From positions 240,001 through 272,000 of the forward strand of contig NC_000916.1 in NCBI RefSeq assembly GCF_000008645.1: a DNA stretch of 32,000 nucleotides. Reading direction: 5' to 3'. Position 1 is the stretch's first letter; each line of letters begins with the position of its first letter. Made by a program: the position numbers and the translations under genes. This DNA is from Methanothermobacter thermautotrophicus str. Delta H. GTDB taxonomy: Archaea; Methanobacteriota; Methanobacteria; Methanobacteriales; Methanothermobacteraceae. Of the stretch, positions 17,497 to 27,403 are shown piece after piece. The notes under the pieces were generated by a model that was given only the letters and a program-made list of their open reading frames with translations, searched no databases and had not been told where the DNA came from.

Positions 17497-17969
17497 CGGC
17501 TCTGTAGAAATCATATTTGCGGTTTTCACCTGCCCCTGAGATGATGTTTGTGTTCATTTTTCTTGCCGTTGAATGTCCCCTACATACTCCACTGTTTATA
17601 TTTTCCGGTTTATTGGGTATCCCTTGAATCGTGTTTAGGGCTTCATTGAAGACTGAGCAAGTATATTATCCAGGTGTCCACGAGCAGTTGTGTAACTTTT
17701 CCCACTATGGCTTTATAAGCGCAGACTTACTGGTCCTTTTCCATAAATGGTGATCCACTGGACCTCCATGCAGTAAATGCACCGTCCCAGCAGTTCACCC
17801 ATATCCGATGCATCTGAGAATTTCCTGGTAGTATGAGAATCATAAAGCCAGATCACTGAAGACATTAAACTAATGATGTGAATTCACGGTAACTCATGCC
17901 TCAGATGGCTCTTCAAGCATAACAGATCTATGTTCAGTGCGCTCCTAGATTTGACATGATATGTGAAAA

Positions 17970-18872
17970 TTAGGCTGATAATCTCATTAATTTACCGTCC
18001 CATCTCATCTGGAAATAGGTCTTATCCTCTAATTTTGTTCCGGGTGTGAAATAATATTGTGGTTTTGATATGGTTGCTCCTGGCCCTGAACCTCCCCTCC
18101 GGGTTTCAGGGTCAAAGTAGCCTCTCCCTGCTAATAGTTCAAGGTCCCCCATGAAATTCAGGTTTTTATCATATTTTAAGTGGCTGATTAAGAACTCACT
18201 GGATACCGTAACGCTGTCTTCGACTTTCACTTCAAATGGGGGATCTATTTTGTTAACTCCATCAAGGAGTACGTGCCCGAAGCCGTATTTTGACTCTCCC
18301 CCCAGAATGAGCTCCTGGATGATATTGAAGTTATCGATAAAGATTCCGGCATCGACATCCACTTCCCTGTTATTTATTTTTGCATCTTCTTTGATCCAGA
18401 TCCATCCTGTGACTTTAACGTCTTCTGGGGTCTCGGTTTTGTCGCACGATTTGTTATTTATGAATTCAATCTCGTGAAGGCTCTGATCCTTTGCGGTTGA
18501 AAAACCGGGCTCAATGGCTGTGGATATCTGACTGCCTATAAATCTATGTTCAAATTCTGCTCTGGTTATCTTAATATCATGACCGTATTTAATCCCTTCA
18601 TCTGTGTAGGATGGAGAATAGATCGTCTTTCCATCATAGATATAGAAATATGAGAATACAAAATTATTCATGATGTCTTTACCGGTATTCTTATAATGAT
18701 GGGCAGCAGGTTTTTTGAAGAGATTTTCTGCTGTCCTTTTTGTCACAGCACCCCACAGGTTCCTTCCGGGAATATAATATCTTGTGGGTGAAACCACCGA
18801 GCTCTTAGATGGTAGATAGCCAATATGGAGTGGGGTTTTTAACTTAAACACAACATTGATCGTTCTCCACAT
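17970..18872 (-). CDS. Type III CRISPR RAMP protein (diverged Cmr3/Cas5-like or Cmr6-like), last gene of the Cmr-like operon
   Basis: 300 aa. VVFKLKTPLHIGYLPSKSSVVSPTRYYIPGRNLWGAVTKRTAEN and ELILGGESKYGFGHVLL glycine-rich RAMP-like motifs; tightly linked to the cmr5-like gene. Confidence 0.65.
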   Translation of the reverse strand: MWRTINVVFKLKTPLHIGYLPSKSSVVSPTRYYIPGRNLWGAVTKRTAENLFKKPAAHHYKNTGKDIMNNFVFSYFYIYDGKTIYSPSYTDEGIKYGHDIKITRAEFEHRFIGSQISTAIEPGFSTAKDQSLHEIEFINNKSCDKTETPEDVKVTGWIWIKEDAKINNREVDVDAGIFIDNFNIIQELILGGESKYGFGHVLLDGVNKIDPPFEVKVEDSVTVSSEFLISHLKYDKNLNFMGDLELLAGRGYFDPETRRGGSGPGATISKPQYYFTPGTKLEDKTYFQMRWDGKLMRLSA

Positions 18873-18875
18873 CCC

Positions 18876-19259
18876 TCATTCCCCTGCCTTTGCATGATAC
18901 AGAGAATAAATCAAGGTGCGTTCAATGAGTCTCTTCATGAACAGTAATTTGTAGATATCCCGGGCAACATCTCTTAGTCTTTCACAGAACTCTTTGAAAC
19001 TGTCGGGAAAACTGGATGAATCCTCCAAGAGGCACTCTCTTATTTCTGGCCTGTTTAACATATCAGTGAGTTCTTTCCTTACCCTCTTCTTTTCTTTGTC
19101 CTCTAACCAGAGAAACATTGCATAAACTCCATCTTCCTGCAAAACTCCAAGGGCTTTCCTAAGATGGTTTGCAAGATTTCTGTCGCTTTTTACAGCTATT
19201 TTCTGCGCGCACTGCATGCATATATAGTCAAGGTTTAACATCAGTTCCCACCTGTTCAT
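18876..19259 (-). CDS. cmr5: Cmr5-like small subunit of the type III effector
   Basis: 127 aa, helical, MLNLDYICMQCAQKIAV...; position between cmr4-like and the terminal RAMP; overlaps the cmr4-like ORF. Confidence 0.7.
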   Translation of the reverse strand: MNRWELMLNLDYICMQCAQKIAVKSDRNLANHLRKALGVLQEDGVYAMFLWLEDKEKKRVRKELTDMLNRPEIRECLLEDSSSFPDSFKEFCERLRDVARDIYKLLFMKRLIERTLIYSLYHAKAGE

Positions 19260-20091
19260 CTTCAGAATGTTCTGCAGCTAATTCAAGCCTGCCGAATCCC
19301 CTTGTAACCATTCCACCTATCCCGAGATATTTAAGGTATGGTGAGACAGCATTTAATACTTCCTTTCTCTTTTCATCTTTCTCAGTGGCAATTTCAAATC
19401 CAAAGATGGTCCCCCTGGGTATCGCCTCATAAGTGAACAATGCCCCTTCCACTGCCGTTCCGGTTTCGGGATCTATCCGTACGGATGTTCTCACTTCAAG
19501 ATTATCATTTACAATCGGAGAGAATAAATTTTCAGGTACTATGACAGCCCTTTTTATCCATTCATTTATCTCATCTGGTAAATCAACATCTTCCTTTTTT
19601 TCTGAGTTCACTTCGAAAAGTAACCAGCCAAGATTCAATCTTCCGTTCAGCTCCCCTCTGATCGCATAGACCTTATTTTCATCTTCATAGCTTATTTTTT
19701 CGTCTTTTACACACCAGTAGTTAAAAAGTTGTTCTGTTGTGATCCATACTGTGCCCCTGACTGAGGAGACAGGGAAGAATAATATCTGTCCATCATAGAA
19801 TCGTAGAACGCCTTTTTTGTTTTCATCGCCAAAGATAGATTTAGCCTTTTCTTCTGCACGTTTTCTCTTTTCTTCAGCACTTTTATCTCCGAACTCATTC
19901 TCCGCCAGGTATGCTGTGTAGAACTCTCTTGTAACTCCTGCAATCGAGGTTCCAGGTATTTTTGGAATATCCGTCGATGGTTCCCTTACAATTGTGTTAT
20001 CTGCTCTTCCCAGTCTGTAACCACCTGCCCCTATATGGACGGGGTCAAGGGCTCTTGCATATACTTTCTCAGGCTCTAAAGATCTATTCAT
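19228..20091 (-). CDS. cmr4: Cmr4-like RAMP protein (backbone subunit)
   Basis: YARALDPVHIGAGGYRLGRADNTIVREPSTDIPKIPGTSIAGVTREFY, VLRFYDGQILFFPVSSVRGTVWITTEQLFNYW, YLGIGGMVTRGFGRLEL. Confidence 0.85.
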   Translation of the reverse strand: MNRSLEPEKVYARALDPVHIGAGGYRLGRADNTIVREPSTDIPKIPGTSIAGVTREFYTAYLAENEFGDKSAEEKRKRAEEKAKSIFGDENKKGVLRFYDGQILFFPVSSVRGTVWITTEQLFNYWCVKDEKISYEDENKVYAIRGELNGRLNLGWLLFEVNSEKKEDVDLPDEINEWIKRAVIVPENLFSPIVNDNLEVRTSVRIDPETGTAVEGALFTYEAIPRGTIFGFEIATEKDEKRKEVLNAVSPYLKYLGIGGMVTRGFGRLELAAEHSEDEQVGTDVKP

Positions 20092-22957
20092 CTTTCAGGC
20101 ACCCCGTAACATGAGTGAAGAGATTGATGGTATCAAGTAAAAGCATGTTAATTGAGGAGGATATGAGGAAGAATCTGTTTTCTTCTCTTAATCCATCCCA
20201 TTTATGTCCAAATGCATCCTTTAATGTTGTTTCTGCGAATATTCTGAATGTATTTTCCTTATTCGCATCTTTAACGTTTTTCCATTCCCTTAATTTTGAG
20301 GTGAGCGCCTTTTCAATGAAATTTATTTGAGAATTAGAAAGGTTGCTGGATAATAAATCCCATAATTCAAGTATTTGTGGGATCTGATGGAAGTAAAGGG
20401 GTCTTCCTGAAAACAATCTGTGATCCTCATGACCTCTCTTTTTACCCTCATAGCATATGTTGTACCTGTCGGTCGTTGCTGAGAGCAGTTCAAAGTCAAA
20501 ATAGCCAGGGTAGAGGTAGAAAATTTTACCTCTGGATAGTCGTGATAGATCATCGAGGGTGTATTTTTCTCCATTCGCTGGTTTTATTGGATAAAAATTG
20601 TAATGTTCATCCAGCCTCTCTACACTCCACCAAGGATCCATAGGTGTCTGTTTTTTGAATTCTTCATCTTTGAGCATTCTTTTCTCTGCTTCGAGGAGAA
20701 TGTAAAGTGGGAACTTTCTTTTCGCCACGAGAAGTTTAAGATTCAATGGCAGTTTTCCCAGCACCTTTTCGAATCTTTTATTGTATAACTCTGCTATCAT
20801 TTCTATGATTTTCACTGAATCCAGAGCAGGGACTATGAATCGAAGAGATAGGGGGGATCTGTTTATTTCAATTAACGGGTAATATTTTTCGAAATAAAGA
20901 TTGTCCTCAGTTTTTATTGTTTTTCCGACCTCTATCAGGTTTTTTTCTGGTTCATCCTCTGGGGCCAGATGTTTAATACCCTGTTTTAGTGCTTCTTTAA
21001 CTGCTTCTTCTCCGACTTTATTCTTGAACTTGAACTTTCCAAGGGATTCTATGGTGTAAAATTCTCCGTTTCTGTCGTGAAAAACAAGAAGTGTTTCCGG
21101 ATCTAACCCGCTTATCTTAATGATCAGGGAACCTTTTTCCAGCTCCTTGATATTCTTGTACTCTTCCTTTAATCGGCCTTTTAATTCATGGGTATCTATG
21201 GAAAATCCTATCCTTTTCCAGCGGTAAGCGTAAATGTCAGTTATCTTGTTAATTAGCAGGTCAAAGAATTCCTCTGTTTCTTTCCAGATCCTGTATAATC
21301 GAGCAGGAGACGGGTTCTGGGTGAAAAGATAAGTGGCAAGGTTCTCTTTGTTCAGATCGGCTCCTATATTCTCTCTTATATTCTGAAGATGGTTTTTAAA
21401 TTCTTTTTTAAGGTCTTTTTTATTTCTTAGACCTATCTCTTCTTCGAAGAAAGTATCTAATAATTTAGCTGCTTTCTCCTCATTTGAATCTTCATTTTCC
21501 AATATATAATTTAGTATCTTATAAACATGATCCTTGATGGCTTCAATTGGACCATTTAGAACACTATTTGCATTTTTCTTTACATTTTTCTTTTCCCACT
21601 TCTTGCTGTGTTTCCAGTCCTTGTAGGTCTGTGAATAGATGGTTCCGACCATTGTCCCGTCAAACCATTTATCAAGGTCAAAGTTTAATGCAATTAAAGC
21701 AATCCTGTTGTTTTTATCTGCCACCTCATCTATCCAGATAGTGTTTTCTTTTTTGTTACTCCAGTTTGCCAATCTTCCCCGTATTCTTTCACTGCAAATC
21801 TCACATCTCTCTTTCTCAATAGGTTTTGCCCTTAACCTGCAAAGGGGGCAAATATCTTCTCCTTCCTGGGGGATTGGCATCTCTGGATTATCAGCTATTA
21901 TCTTTTTTTGTTTTTTATCGATAAAAAGTGCGGGGGTTATTTTCGGGTAAACACGTCTGGAGGATGCGAATTTAAGTTCACTGGCAAGTACTGTAAGCGT
22001 CTTTGAGGGTTTGCTCAAAGTGAAAAAAGGCCACAATTCATTTTCACTCTCCTCTAAAAAAATCTTCAAAGCTTCTTTCGCACATTGATTTGCGAGTTCT
22101 TCCGCCCGGTCAAACTCCGGGAAGGTGAAACAAATCCCATTTATATCTTCATAGATTGAATTTCCAACGGGAATCTCATCCTCAAACTTTCCTTTTAGTT
22201 TTTCTTTTATTCTCTCAATGATTTCCTTTCTTGCTTTAATTTCTGCAATTTTCCTCCCTTTGTTTATGAATTCTATTCCATTCCAGAATATTCCGAATAT
22301 CCTCAGTTCTGGATCTTTTATATCTGCTCCGCAAAGATTTGCTACCAGAATAGACTTAAACCGGGATGCAGTTGAATATGAATGATCCCATAGAGTGACA
22401 TCATTGGATGGAATTCTTGTCTCTCCAAGACCATGAGAAAAAAACACCTGGGCTTCTTTCATTAGCATCCTTCTAAAAAGGCTTAAATTCACAACTCCAG
22501 AGATGTAATATTTAAAAAGTCTTACAAGGATTGTCTGCAGATCATCAAACTCTTTCTGGAGACAATTCAGATGGATTTTTTCTTTAGGGTAACCAAATGG
22601 TGATGATATAACAGTATCCGTTATGGACTGTTTTCTCCTTACAATACCCTTGTCATCCGCGGAATCTTTACGATCACATCCTTGTAAAACGTTATTTCTA
22701 TGATGTTCGCTGATAATGTTGTATATTCTTATTGGCTCAACATTAATCTCCAGGTCCTCAAATGCTTTTAGAGCTGATATCAGTTCTGTTTTCAAAAAAT
22801 CATCAATATTTGCATGAAAGAATCTAGGGGGCATCTTCTCTATAGAGTTGGTCCCGATAAAATTTGGATGGAGTTTGCCGATGTCATGGAGCAGGGCTCC
22901 TATTTCTCCTAGCAATACTTCTTTTCTTCTTTTTCTGATATTTTTAATGTTGCTCAT
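20084..22957 (-). CDS. cas10: Cas10-family large subunit (Cmr2 / Csx11-like, subtype III-C-like), start set at the internal Met (ORF open to 23017)
   Basis: LLGEIGALLHDIGKLHPNF HD motif; zinc-binding CPLCRLRAKPIEKERCEICSERIRGRLANW; palm-like IALIALNFDLDKWFDGTMVGTI; LRFIVPALDSVKIIEMIAELYNKRFEKVLGKLPLNLKLLVAKRKFPLYILLEAEKRML. No GGDD anywhere in the translation. Confidence 0.8.
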   Translation of the reverse strand: MSNIKNIRKRRKEVLLGEIGALLHDIGKLHPNFIGTNSIEKMPPRFFHANIDDFLKTELISALKAFEDLEINVEPIRIYNIISEHHRNNVLQGCDRKDSADDKGIVRRKQSITDTVISSPFGYPKEKIHLNCLQKEFDDLQTILVRLFKYYISGVVNLSLFRRMLMKEAQVFFSHGLGETRIPSNDVTLWDHSYSTASRFKSILVANLCGADIKDPELRIFGIFWNGIEFINKGRKIAEIKARKEIIERIKEKLKGKFEDEIPVGNSIYEDINGICFTFPEFDRAEELANQCAKEALKIFLEESENELWPFFTLSKPSKTLTVLASELKFASSRRVYPKITPALFIDKKQKKIIADNPEMPIPQEGEDICPLCRLRAKPIEKERCEICSERIRGRLANWSNKKENTIWIDEVADKNNRIALIALNFDLDKWFDGTMVGTIYSQTYKDWKHSKKWEKKNVKKNANSVLNGPIEAIKDHVYKILNYILENEDSNEEKAAKLLDTFFEEEIGLRNKKDLKKEFKNHLQNIRENIGADLNKENLATYLFTQNPSPARLYRIWKETEEFFDLLINKITDIYAYRWKRIGFSIDTHELKGRLKEEYKNIKELEKGSLIIKISGLDPETLLVFHDRNGEFYTIESLGKFKFKNKVGEEAVKEALKQGIKHLAPEDEPEKNLIEVGKTIKTEDNLYFEKYYPLIEINRSPLSLRFIVPALDSVKIIEMIAELYNKRFEKVLGKLPLNLKLLVAKRKFPLYILLEAEKRMLKDEEFKKQTPMDPWWSVERLDEHYNFYPIKPANGEKYTLDDLSRLSRGKIFYLYPGYFDFELLSATTDRYNICYEGKKRGHEDHRLFSGRPLYFHQIPQILELWDLLSSNLSNSQINFIEKALTSKLREWKNVKDANKENTFRIFAETTLKDAFGHKWDGLREENRFFLISSSINMLLLDTINLFTHVTGCLKDE

Positions 22958-23729
22958 ACCCATAACCATCCAAAATCTCTGATAGCTCATGCAAGTTTGA
23001 GAAATTCTTAGAGACACCTCCTCTCATCCACAACTTTCCTTCCAGTTGCTTTTCTATTACCCCGAATCCAGATGTTCTTTTTGCCGAAAACCCGTAGGTA
23101 TAGAACATTAATTTTAAAGCTTCCGCGATAAGTTTCAGATCCTCTTTAATCTCATCTCCAAAATTTTCGTTTCCTAGATAAGGGACGTAGAGAAGGTAGA
23201 AATCTCCTTTGGTGCCGGGTTTCATAACCTCAAGAGGTATTGGCCCCCTCGCCGGAGTCCGGGTCTCTCTTTTTAATGGTGTTATTACATCATTTTCTGC
23301 ACCTTCTTTGAAAAAGGTAGGGAAAAAATAAAGTCTGCCTTTTATCATGTCCTCGCTATCAGGATTTGAACCAAAAAGTCTTATGATAATGGAATTTTTG
23401 GGGCCCATTAATTTTGTGGCTGCGAATCTAAGGTTCCCCTTCCATGTGGATGGTCTCACCATGCAGAGACCTGTGAACTGGTCCCTCACAATGAGGTTTT
23501 CTGAAAATTTTGATTCACCTCTACTCGTGTAGGGTTTCTTAAGAGTGAACTGGAATCCGATGAGAACTGAGTTCATGGGAAGATAATTCAGATCATCGGG
23601 GGAGGGATAAAATGTTTTGAAGTCATCTTTATGATCACCAGCCACAGCATCCATAATCTTTCTTTTTGGTTCTTCGATTCCACCCTCTTTTTCATGAAGA
23701 TAGAAGTCATATACCCCATCTAAATTCAA
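22944..23729 (-). CDS. Cmr6-like/Cmr1-like RAMP protein
   Basis: FTLKKPYTSRGESKFSENLIVRDQFTGLCMVRPSTWKGNLRFAATKL, FYTYGFSAKRTSGFGVIEKQL RAMP-type C-terminal motif; overlaps the neighbouring genes. Confidence 0.65.
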   Translation of the reverse strand: MNLDGVYDFYLHEKEGGIEEPKRKIMDAVAGDHKDDFKTFYPSPDDLNYLPMNSVLIGFQFTLKKPYTSRGESKFSENLIVRDQFTGLCMVRPSTWKGNLRFAATKLMGPKNSIIIRLFGSNPDSEDMIKGRLYFFPTFFKEGAENDVITPLKRETRTPARGPIPLEVMKPGTKGDFYLLYVPYLGNENFGDEIKEDLKLIAEALKLMFYTYGFSAKRTSGFGVIEKQLEGKLWMRGGVSKNFSNLHELSEILDGYGYEQH

Positions 23730-24481
23730 ATAAGCCCCCCTAAAACTTCTTCTCCAGTCTTTGCTTCTTCACCTGCACATTCACAGAGTCTGGGATATTC
23801 ATCTTCATTTGCATAGGCAAAAAGTCGACTTCCTGGTGGATCTTTGTTGAAGTAACGCTTACCCCTATTACTGGACCCCTTCAGGAAGCGGCAATCATTT
23901 TTGAGCCTCTTTACGAGCTGGAAGTTTGGGTTTTTAATAAAAATGAATCTTTTTAAATTGGGGTTATCAACGTGGGGACCCTCCCTTCGGAGGTAACCCT
24001 GCAGCATTGATTTCTCAAGTGTGAAATCACGAAGGTCATTTTCTTTTATCTTTATGATACCGTACTTCCTATGGGCAAGTTTGCCTCCGATGGCACCGTA
24101 ATTTTCTATTATACTTAATGTTTTATTGAGGAGGGCTAACTCCACATCTTCCATTCTTCTAAGTTCAGTGATCTGTACTTTGAGGGTCTTATCTGATTCT
24201 TCACGGGATCGGAATATGAACTTTCTGGACCAGCCACTGCATCCGAATAGTTCACAGGCATCGCAGTGTAACCTTTCTTCACATGGTGGACCCTGTGAAG
24301 GATCGCAGGCAGTCCCTCCGACACCCCTGATAAGTGCTTCATACCACCATCTGAGACTTCCTATGAGTCCAGTATCTCTTATAACTTCTGATCTTCTTTC
24401 AGGGCCCCCTGTGAATATCTCATTTAAAATCTGGAGTTCAATATTGAATGTTCTGGGTCCTCCCATGGAACACCCCCTCAT
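23726..24481 (-). CDS. cmr1: Cmr1-like RAMP protein
   Basis: IFTGGPERRSEVIRDTGLIGSLRWWYEALIRGVGGTACDPSQGPPCEERLHCDACELFGCSGWSRKF is typical of Cmr1. Confidence 0.85.
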   Translation of the reverse strand: MRGCSMGGPRTFNIELQILNEIFTGGPERRSEVIRDTGLIGSLRWWYEALIRGVGGTACDPSQGPPCEERLHCDACELFGCSGWSRKFIFRSREESDKTLKVQITELRRMEDVELALLNKTLSIIENYGAIGGKLAHRKYGIIKIKENDLRDFTLEKSMLQGYLRREGPHVDNPNLKRFIFIKNPNFQLVKRLKNDCRFLKGSSNRGKRYFNKDPPGSRLFAYANEDEYPRLCECAGEEAKTGEEVLGGLI

Positions 24482-24602
24482 TATTATTTATTCACATGTA
24501 TTTAAGATTTTTCCTGTGAAATGTATTGCAGTGACATCAATTTCAGAGCATTTATTAGCCGGTGGAATGAAAGAACTGGTCACCAGAAGCTGGAGCCACA
24601 TC

Positions 24603-25301
24603 ATGATATCAGTGATATGTGTCTACAATGATTAATAGATTCTTCTGAGGAATCTCAGGAAATCATCTGATGAATATGAGCTCATTCTCCTGGATAACAC
24701 GGGGGGCAGGTTCAGATCAGCGGCTGAGGCTCTCAATCATGGTGCGGTGATGGCATCGGGTGATGTTTTTATATTCACCCACCAGGACGTTGAGGTTTCA
24801 CCGGAGGAACTCCGCCAGATGGAGTCCTATTCAGAATCTAATGAGGAGCTGGGGGTGGCCGGCGCTGCCGGTGTTTCCGCCCCATTCAGGGTGTTCTCAA
24901 ACATGAAACATGGGGATCCGCCGGTGAATGTGGGGAGGAGGATAAATGGACCCGTTAAAGTCCAGACCGTGGATGAGTGCCTCTTCATGATCCCTGCTGA
25001 TGTTTTCAGGAGATACAGATTTGATGAGGAGACATGCACCGGATGGCACCTTTACGCTGTTGATTACTGCCTCACGGTGCTTGCGAAAGGGTATGATGTC
25101 TGTGCCATACCTGTAAGTGCGTACCATGGATCACCTGGTTATTCCATCTCGGAAGATTACTATAGCACCATGGAACTCATAATCAGGAAACACCGTACCC
25201 CAATCATCTGCACATCCCTTGGATTCTACACACCATATCTACCAATGGCAATTCAAAGGGGTTTCAGGGAGTTCCTTATAAGAAGATCCATAAAAAGGTA
25301 A
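24603..25301 (+). pseudogene. GT2-like glycosyltransferase with in-frame stops near the N-terminus (intact downstream ORF 24747-25301)
   Basis: ATG at 24603 encodes MISVICVYND, then TAA TAG (24633-24638), then same-frame ILLRNLRKSSDEYELILLDNTGGRFRSAAEALNHGAVMASGDVFIFTHQDVEVSPEELRQM. Confidence 0.65.
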
Positions 25302-25311
25302 AATTTTGGGA

Positions 25312-26529
25312 TTATATCCTTTCGGGTTTGAGTCCCTTCCTCTTAAGGTAACTGTTCCATCTCAGTGCAATACTCCTGTAGTAGCTGTCACCGGTCGCCT
25401 TCCACAGACTGTTTGCAAGCTGCACATGGAGCCTGTGGTAGCCCTCACTTGCCAGCCAGGCCGGCCTGTAGGACCCCCCATCCACGGCATAGTAGGTCCA
25501 GCGGCCACTGTCGAACCTCCGGTGCATTGCCCTGAAGGTTGAAACACCCTCCCTGAAGAGCATGAGGGCCCTGGTGTTCCCGGTATAGGTGTATGCCCTG
25601 TGGAGTCCCAGGGTACATATGAGGTGGGCGTTCAGTATGTAGTGCTGCCTCATGAAGTTGTAGTGCAGGTAGAAGTTTCCGTACTTCGTTGATTTAACAA
25701 GGCCTGCTGGTGCCCTGAAACTGTTTATGAGGGCATCTGAGATTTTAAGGTATTCAGGGTCACCTGTGAGTCTGTATGCCCTGGCGTAGTGGCCGGCCAG
25801 GTTTCCCTGGGCGAAGCTGTCAAGCCACCCTGCCCCGGAACCACAGTAGTCAAAGTACATGGGGAAGACAGCGTACTTCATACCCCTGTAGGTCCTGAAG
25901 CTCACCATCAGTTTCTGCTCATCAAGGATCTCCAGGAACATGCTATCATTGCTTGCACCTGCAAGGTTTGATGTGAGTACAGGGTAGATGTTCCACCCCT
26001 TGTATTTGTAGTAACTGAAGGGGAGGCTGCTCATGTACTCTGATGGGAAGTTCCTGTAGTATGATGACCTGTTCCCGAATACGATGGCGACGTAACTCTT
26101 TGATGGTGACAGGCTGCGTGAGAAGTAGGCGTTGTTTGCCTGTATCGTCTTTATCTCGATGATCTTCTCATCACTCCTGAGGGGCCTCTTTGCCTTGATC
26201 CTCTGGAATACACCCACAGCGTAGCCGGCATCGATGTAGGCGACATAGTAGCGCCTGTCACCGGTACGCCTGTACATGGAGTAGAGGCTGCTACGGATCT
26301 CCCGGTTCTTCCTGAGGGCATCTTCCAGGAGTTTGCTGTAATTGTCGAGGTAGTATGACCTGTTGAGGTGGTTCTCAAGGGTCACCGATGCATTCTGGCT
26401 GCTGCTGTTCTCCAGGAGCTGCGTGCTGTTTACCTCCTGGGGGTCATCCGCATATGCCGGTGATATGAGTACGGCTGCAAGGACAGCTAGTAGAAATATA
26501 TTCCTCATAAGATAGTATATTTTCAGCAA
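25312..26529 (-). CDS. Secreted protein with D-glucuronyl C5-epimerase-like C-terminal region
   Basis: Signal peptide MRNIFLLAVLAAVLISPAYADD; MYFDYCGSGAGWLDSFAQGNLAGHYARAYRLTGDPEYLKISDALINSF, NFYLHYNFMRQHYILNAHLICTLGLHRAYTYTG resemble the C5-epimerase/glycan-processing (alpha/alpha) toroid. Confidence 0.55.
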   Translation of the reverse strand: MLKIYYLMRNIFLLAVLAAVLISPAYADDPQEVNSTQLLENSSSQNASVTLENHLNRSYYLDNYSKLLEDALRKNREIRSSLYSMYRRTGDRRYYVAYIDAGYAVGVFQRIKAKRPLRSDEKIIEIKTIQANNAYFSRSLSPSKSYVAIVFGNRSSYYRNFPSEYMSSLPFSYYKYKGWNIYPVLTSNLAGASNDSMFLEILDEQKLMVSFRTYRGMKYAVFPMYFDYCGSGAGWLDSFAQGNLAGHYARAYRLTGDPEYLKISDALINSFRAPAGLVKSTKYGNFYLHYNFMRQHYILNAHLICTLGLHRAYTYTGNTRALMLFREGVSTFRAMHRRFDSGRWTYYAVDGGSYRPAWLASEGYHRLHVQLANSLWKATGDSYYRSIALRWNSYLKRKGLKPERI

Positions 26530-26737
26530 TGCTTAAGTATGTTCACATTCCCTGTTAATGAGATACATGAAAATCTCTACGTATATTAACAGTACCTGAA
26601 GCTGAACATTTATTACATATTGATGAGGTTTTTATGTAGGATAAATATTTAAGAGAGGTTCATTTAACTGTTAAAAGTAGAATGTCATGTGTTCAGAGAT
26701 TTATCATGATTATGTGTGAGGTGTTCTCATTAAGGAT

Positions 26738-27403
26738 GTGACCTTTCTGATTCCAGCATATAATGAGGAAAAATCAATAGGGCCCCTTATTGACAGGATA
26801 AAAATGCTTTGTCCTGACTCAGAGATCATCGTGGTTGATAATAATTCCTCTGACAGGACCTCTGAGATTGCTACTTCCCGTGGCGTGAGGGTCATCTTTG
26901 AGGGAAAGCAGGGAAAGGCCAATGCCATGGTTGCAGCCTTCAGGAATACCCGTACTGAATACGCGGTTATGATGGACGCGGATTTAACATATCTACCCGA
27001 TGACTCCAGGGTCCTTGTTGAGGTCCTCAAAGCCGAAGGTGCGGATGTCGTCCTTGGATCCAGATTAAATGGTGAAAAGGAGGATGGTGCGATATCCCGC
27101 ATAAACACTGTCGGGAATCATATACTGAGTTTCACAGCATCCATCCTCTACAGCCCTGTGAGTGATGTGTGCACCGGGCACTGGGCCTTCAATAGGAGAG
27201 CAATACGTCACATTCTTGAGGAGGGTCTCAATTATTCGGGTTTTGAACTTGAGGCTGAGATGTTCTCAAAACTTGCCAGGGCAGGTCTCAAGATAGTTGA
27301 GGTCCCCATAACCTACAGGAAGAGGTCTGATGAACCCAAACTCTCATCATTCACTGATGGCTTCAAGATATTCAGGACACTTGTACTTGAGAGGTTGAGG
27401 TAG
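26738..27403 (+). CDS. Family 2 glycosyltransferase (dolichyl-phosphate sugar synthase-like)
   Basis: MTFLIPAYNEEKSIGPLIDRI...EIIVVDNNSSDRTSEIA...GKANAMVAAF...YAVMMDADLTYLPDD...DVVLGSRL. Confidence 0.85.
   Translation: MTFLIPAYNEEKSIGPLIDRIKMLCPDSEIIVVDNNSSDRTSEIATSRGVRVIFEGKQGKANAMVAAFRNTRTEYAVMMDADLTYLPDDSRVLVEVLKAEGADVVLGSRLNGEKEDGAISRINTVGNHILSFTASILYSPVSDVCTGHWAFNRRAIRHILEEGLNYSGFELEAEMFSKLARAGLKIVEVPITYRKRSDEPKLSSFTDGFKIFRTLVLERLR

Noticed and set aside
22958-23017. N-terminal extension MSLRISQTCMSYQRFWMVMG of Cas10
   Set aside because: Overlaps the upstream RAMP gene and lacks conservation-like features. The start at MSNIKN (22957) is more economical.
17970-24600. Possible CRISPR array adjacent to the type III operon
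   Set aside because: No regularly spaced direct repeats were seen in the flanks by eye. Arrays and cas6/cas1/cas2 must lie outside the window if present.
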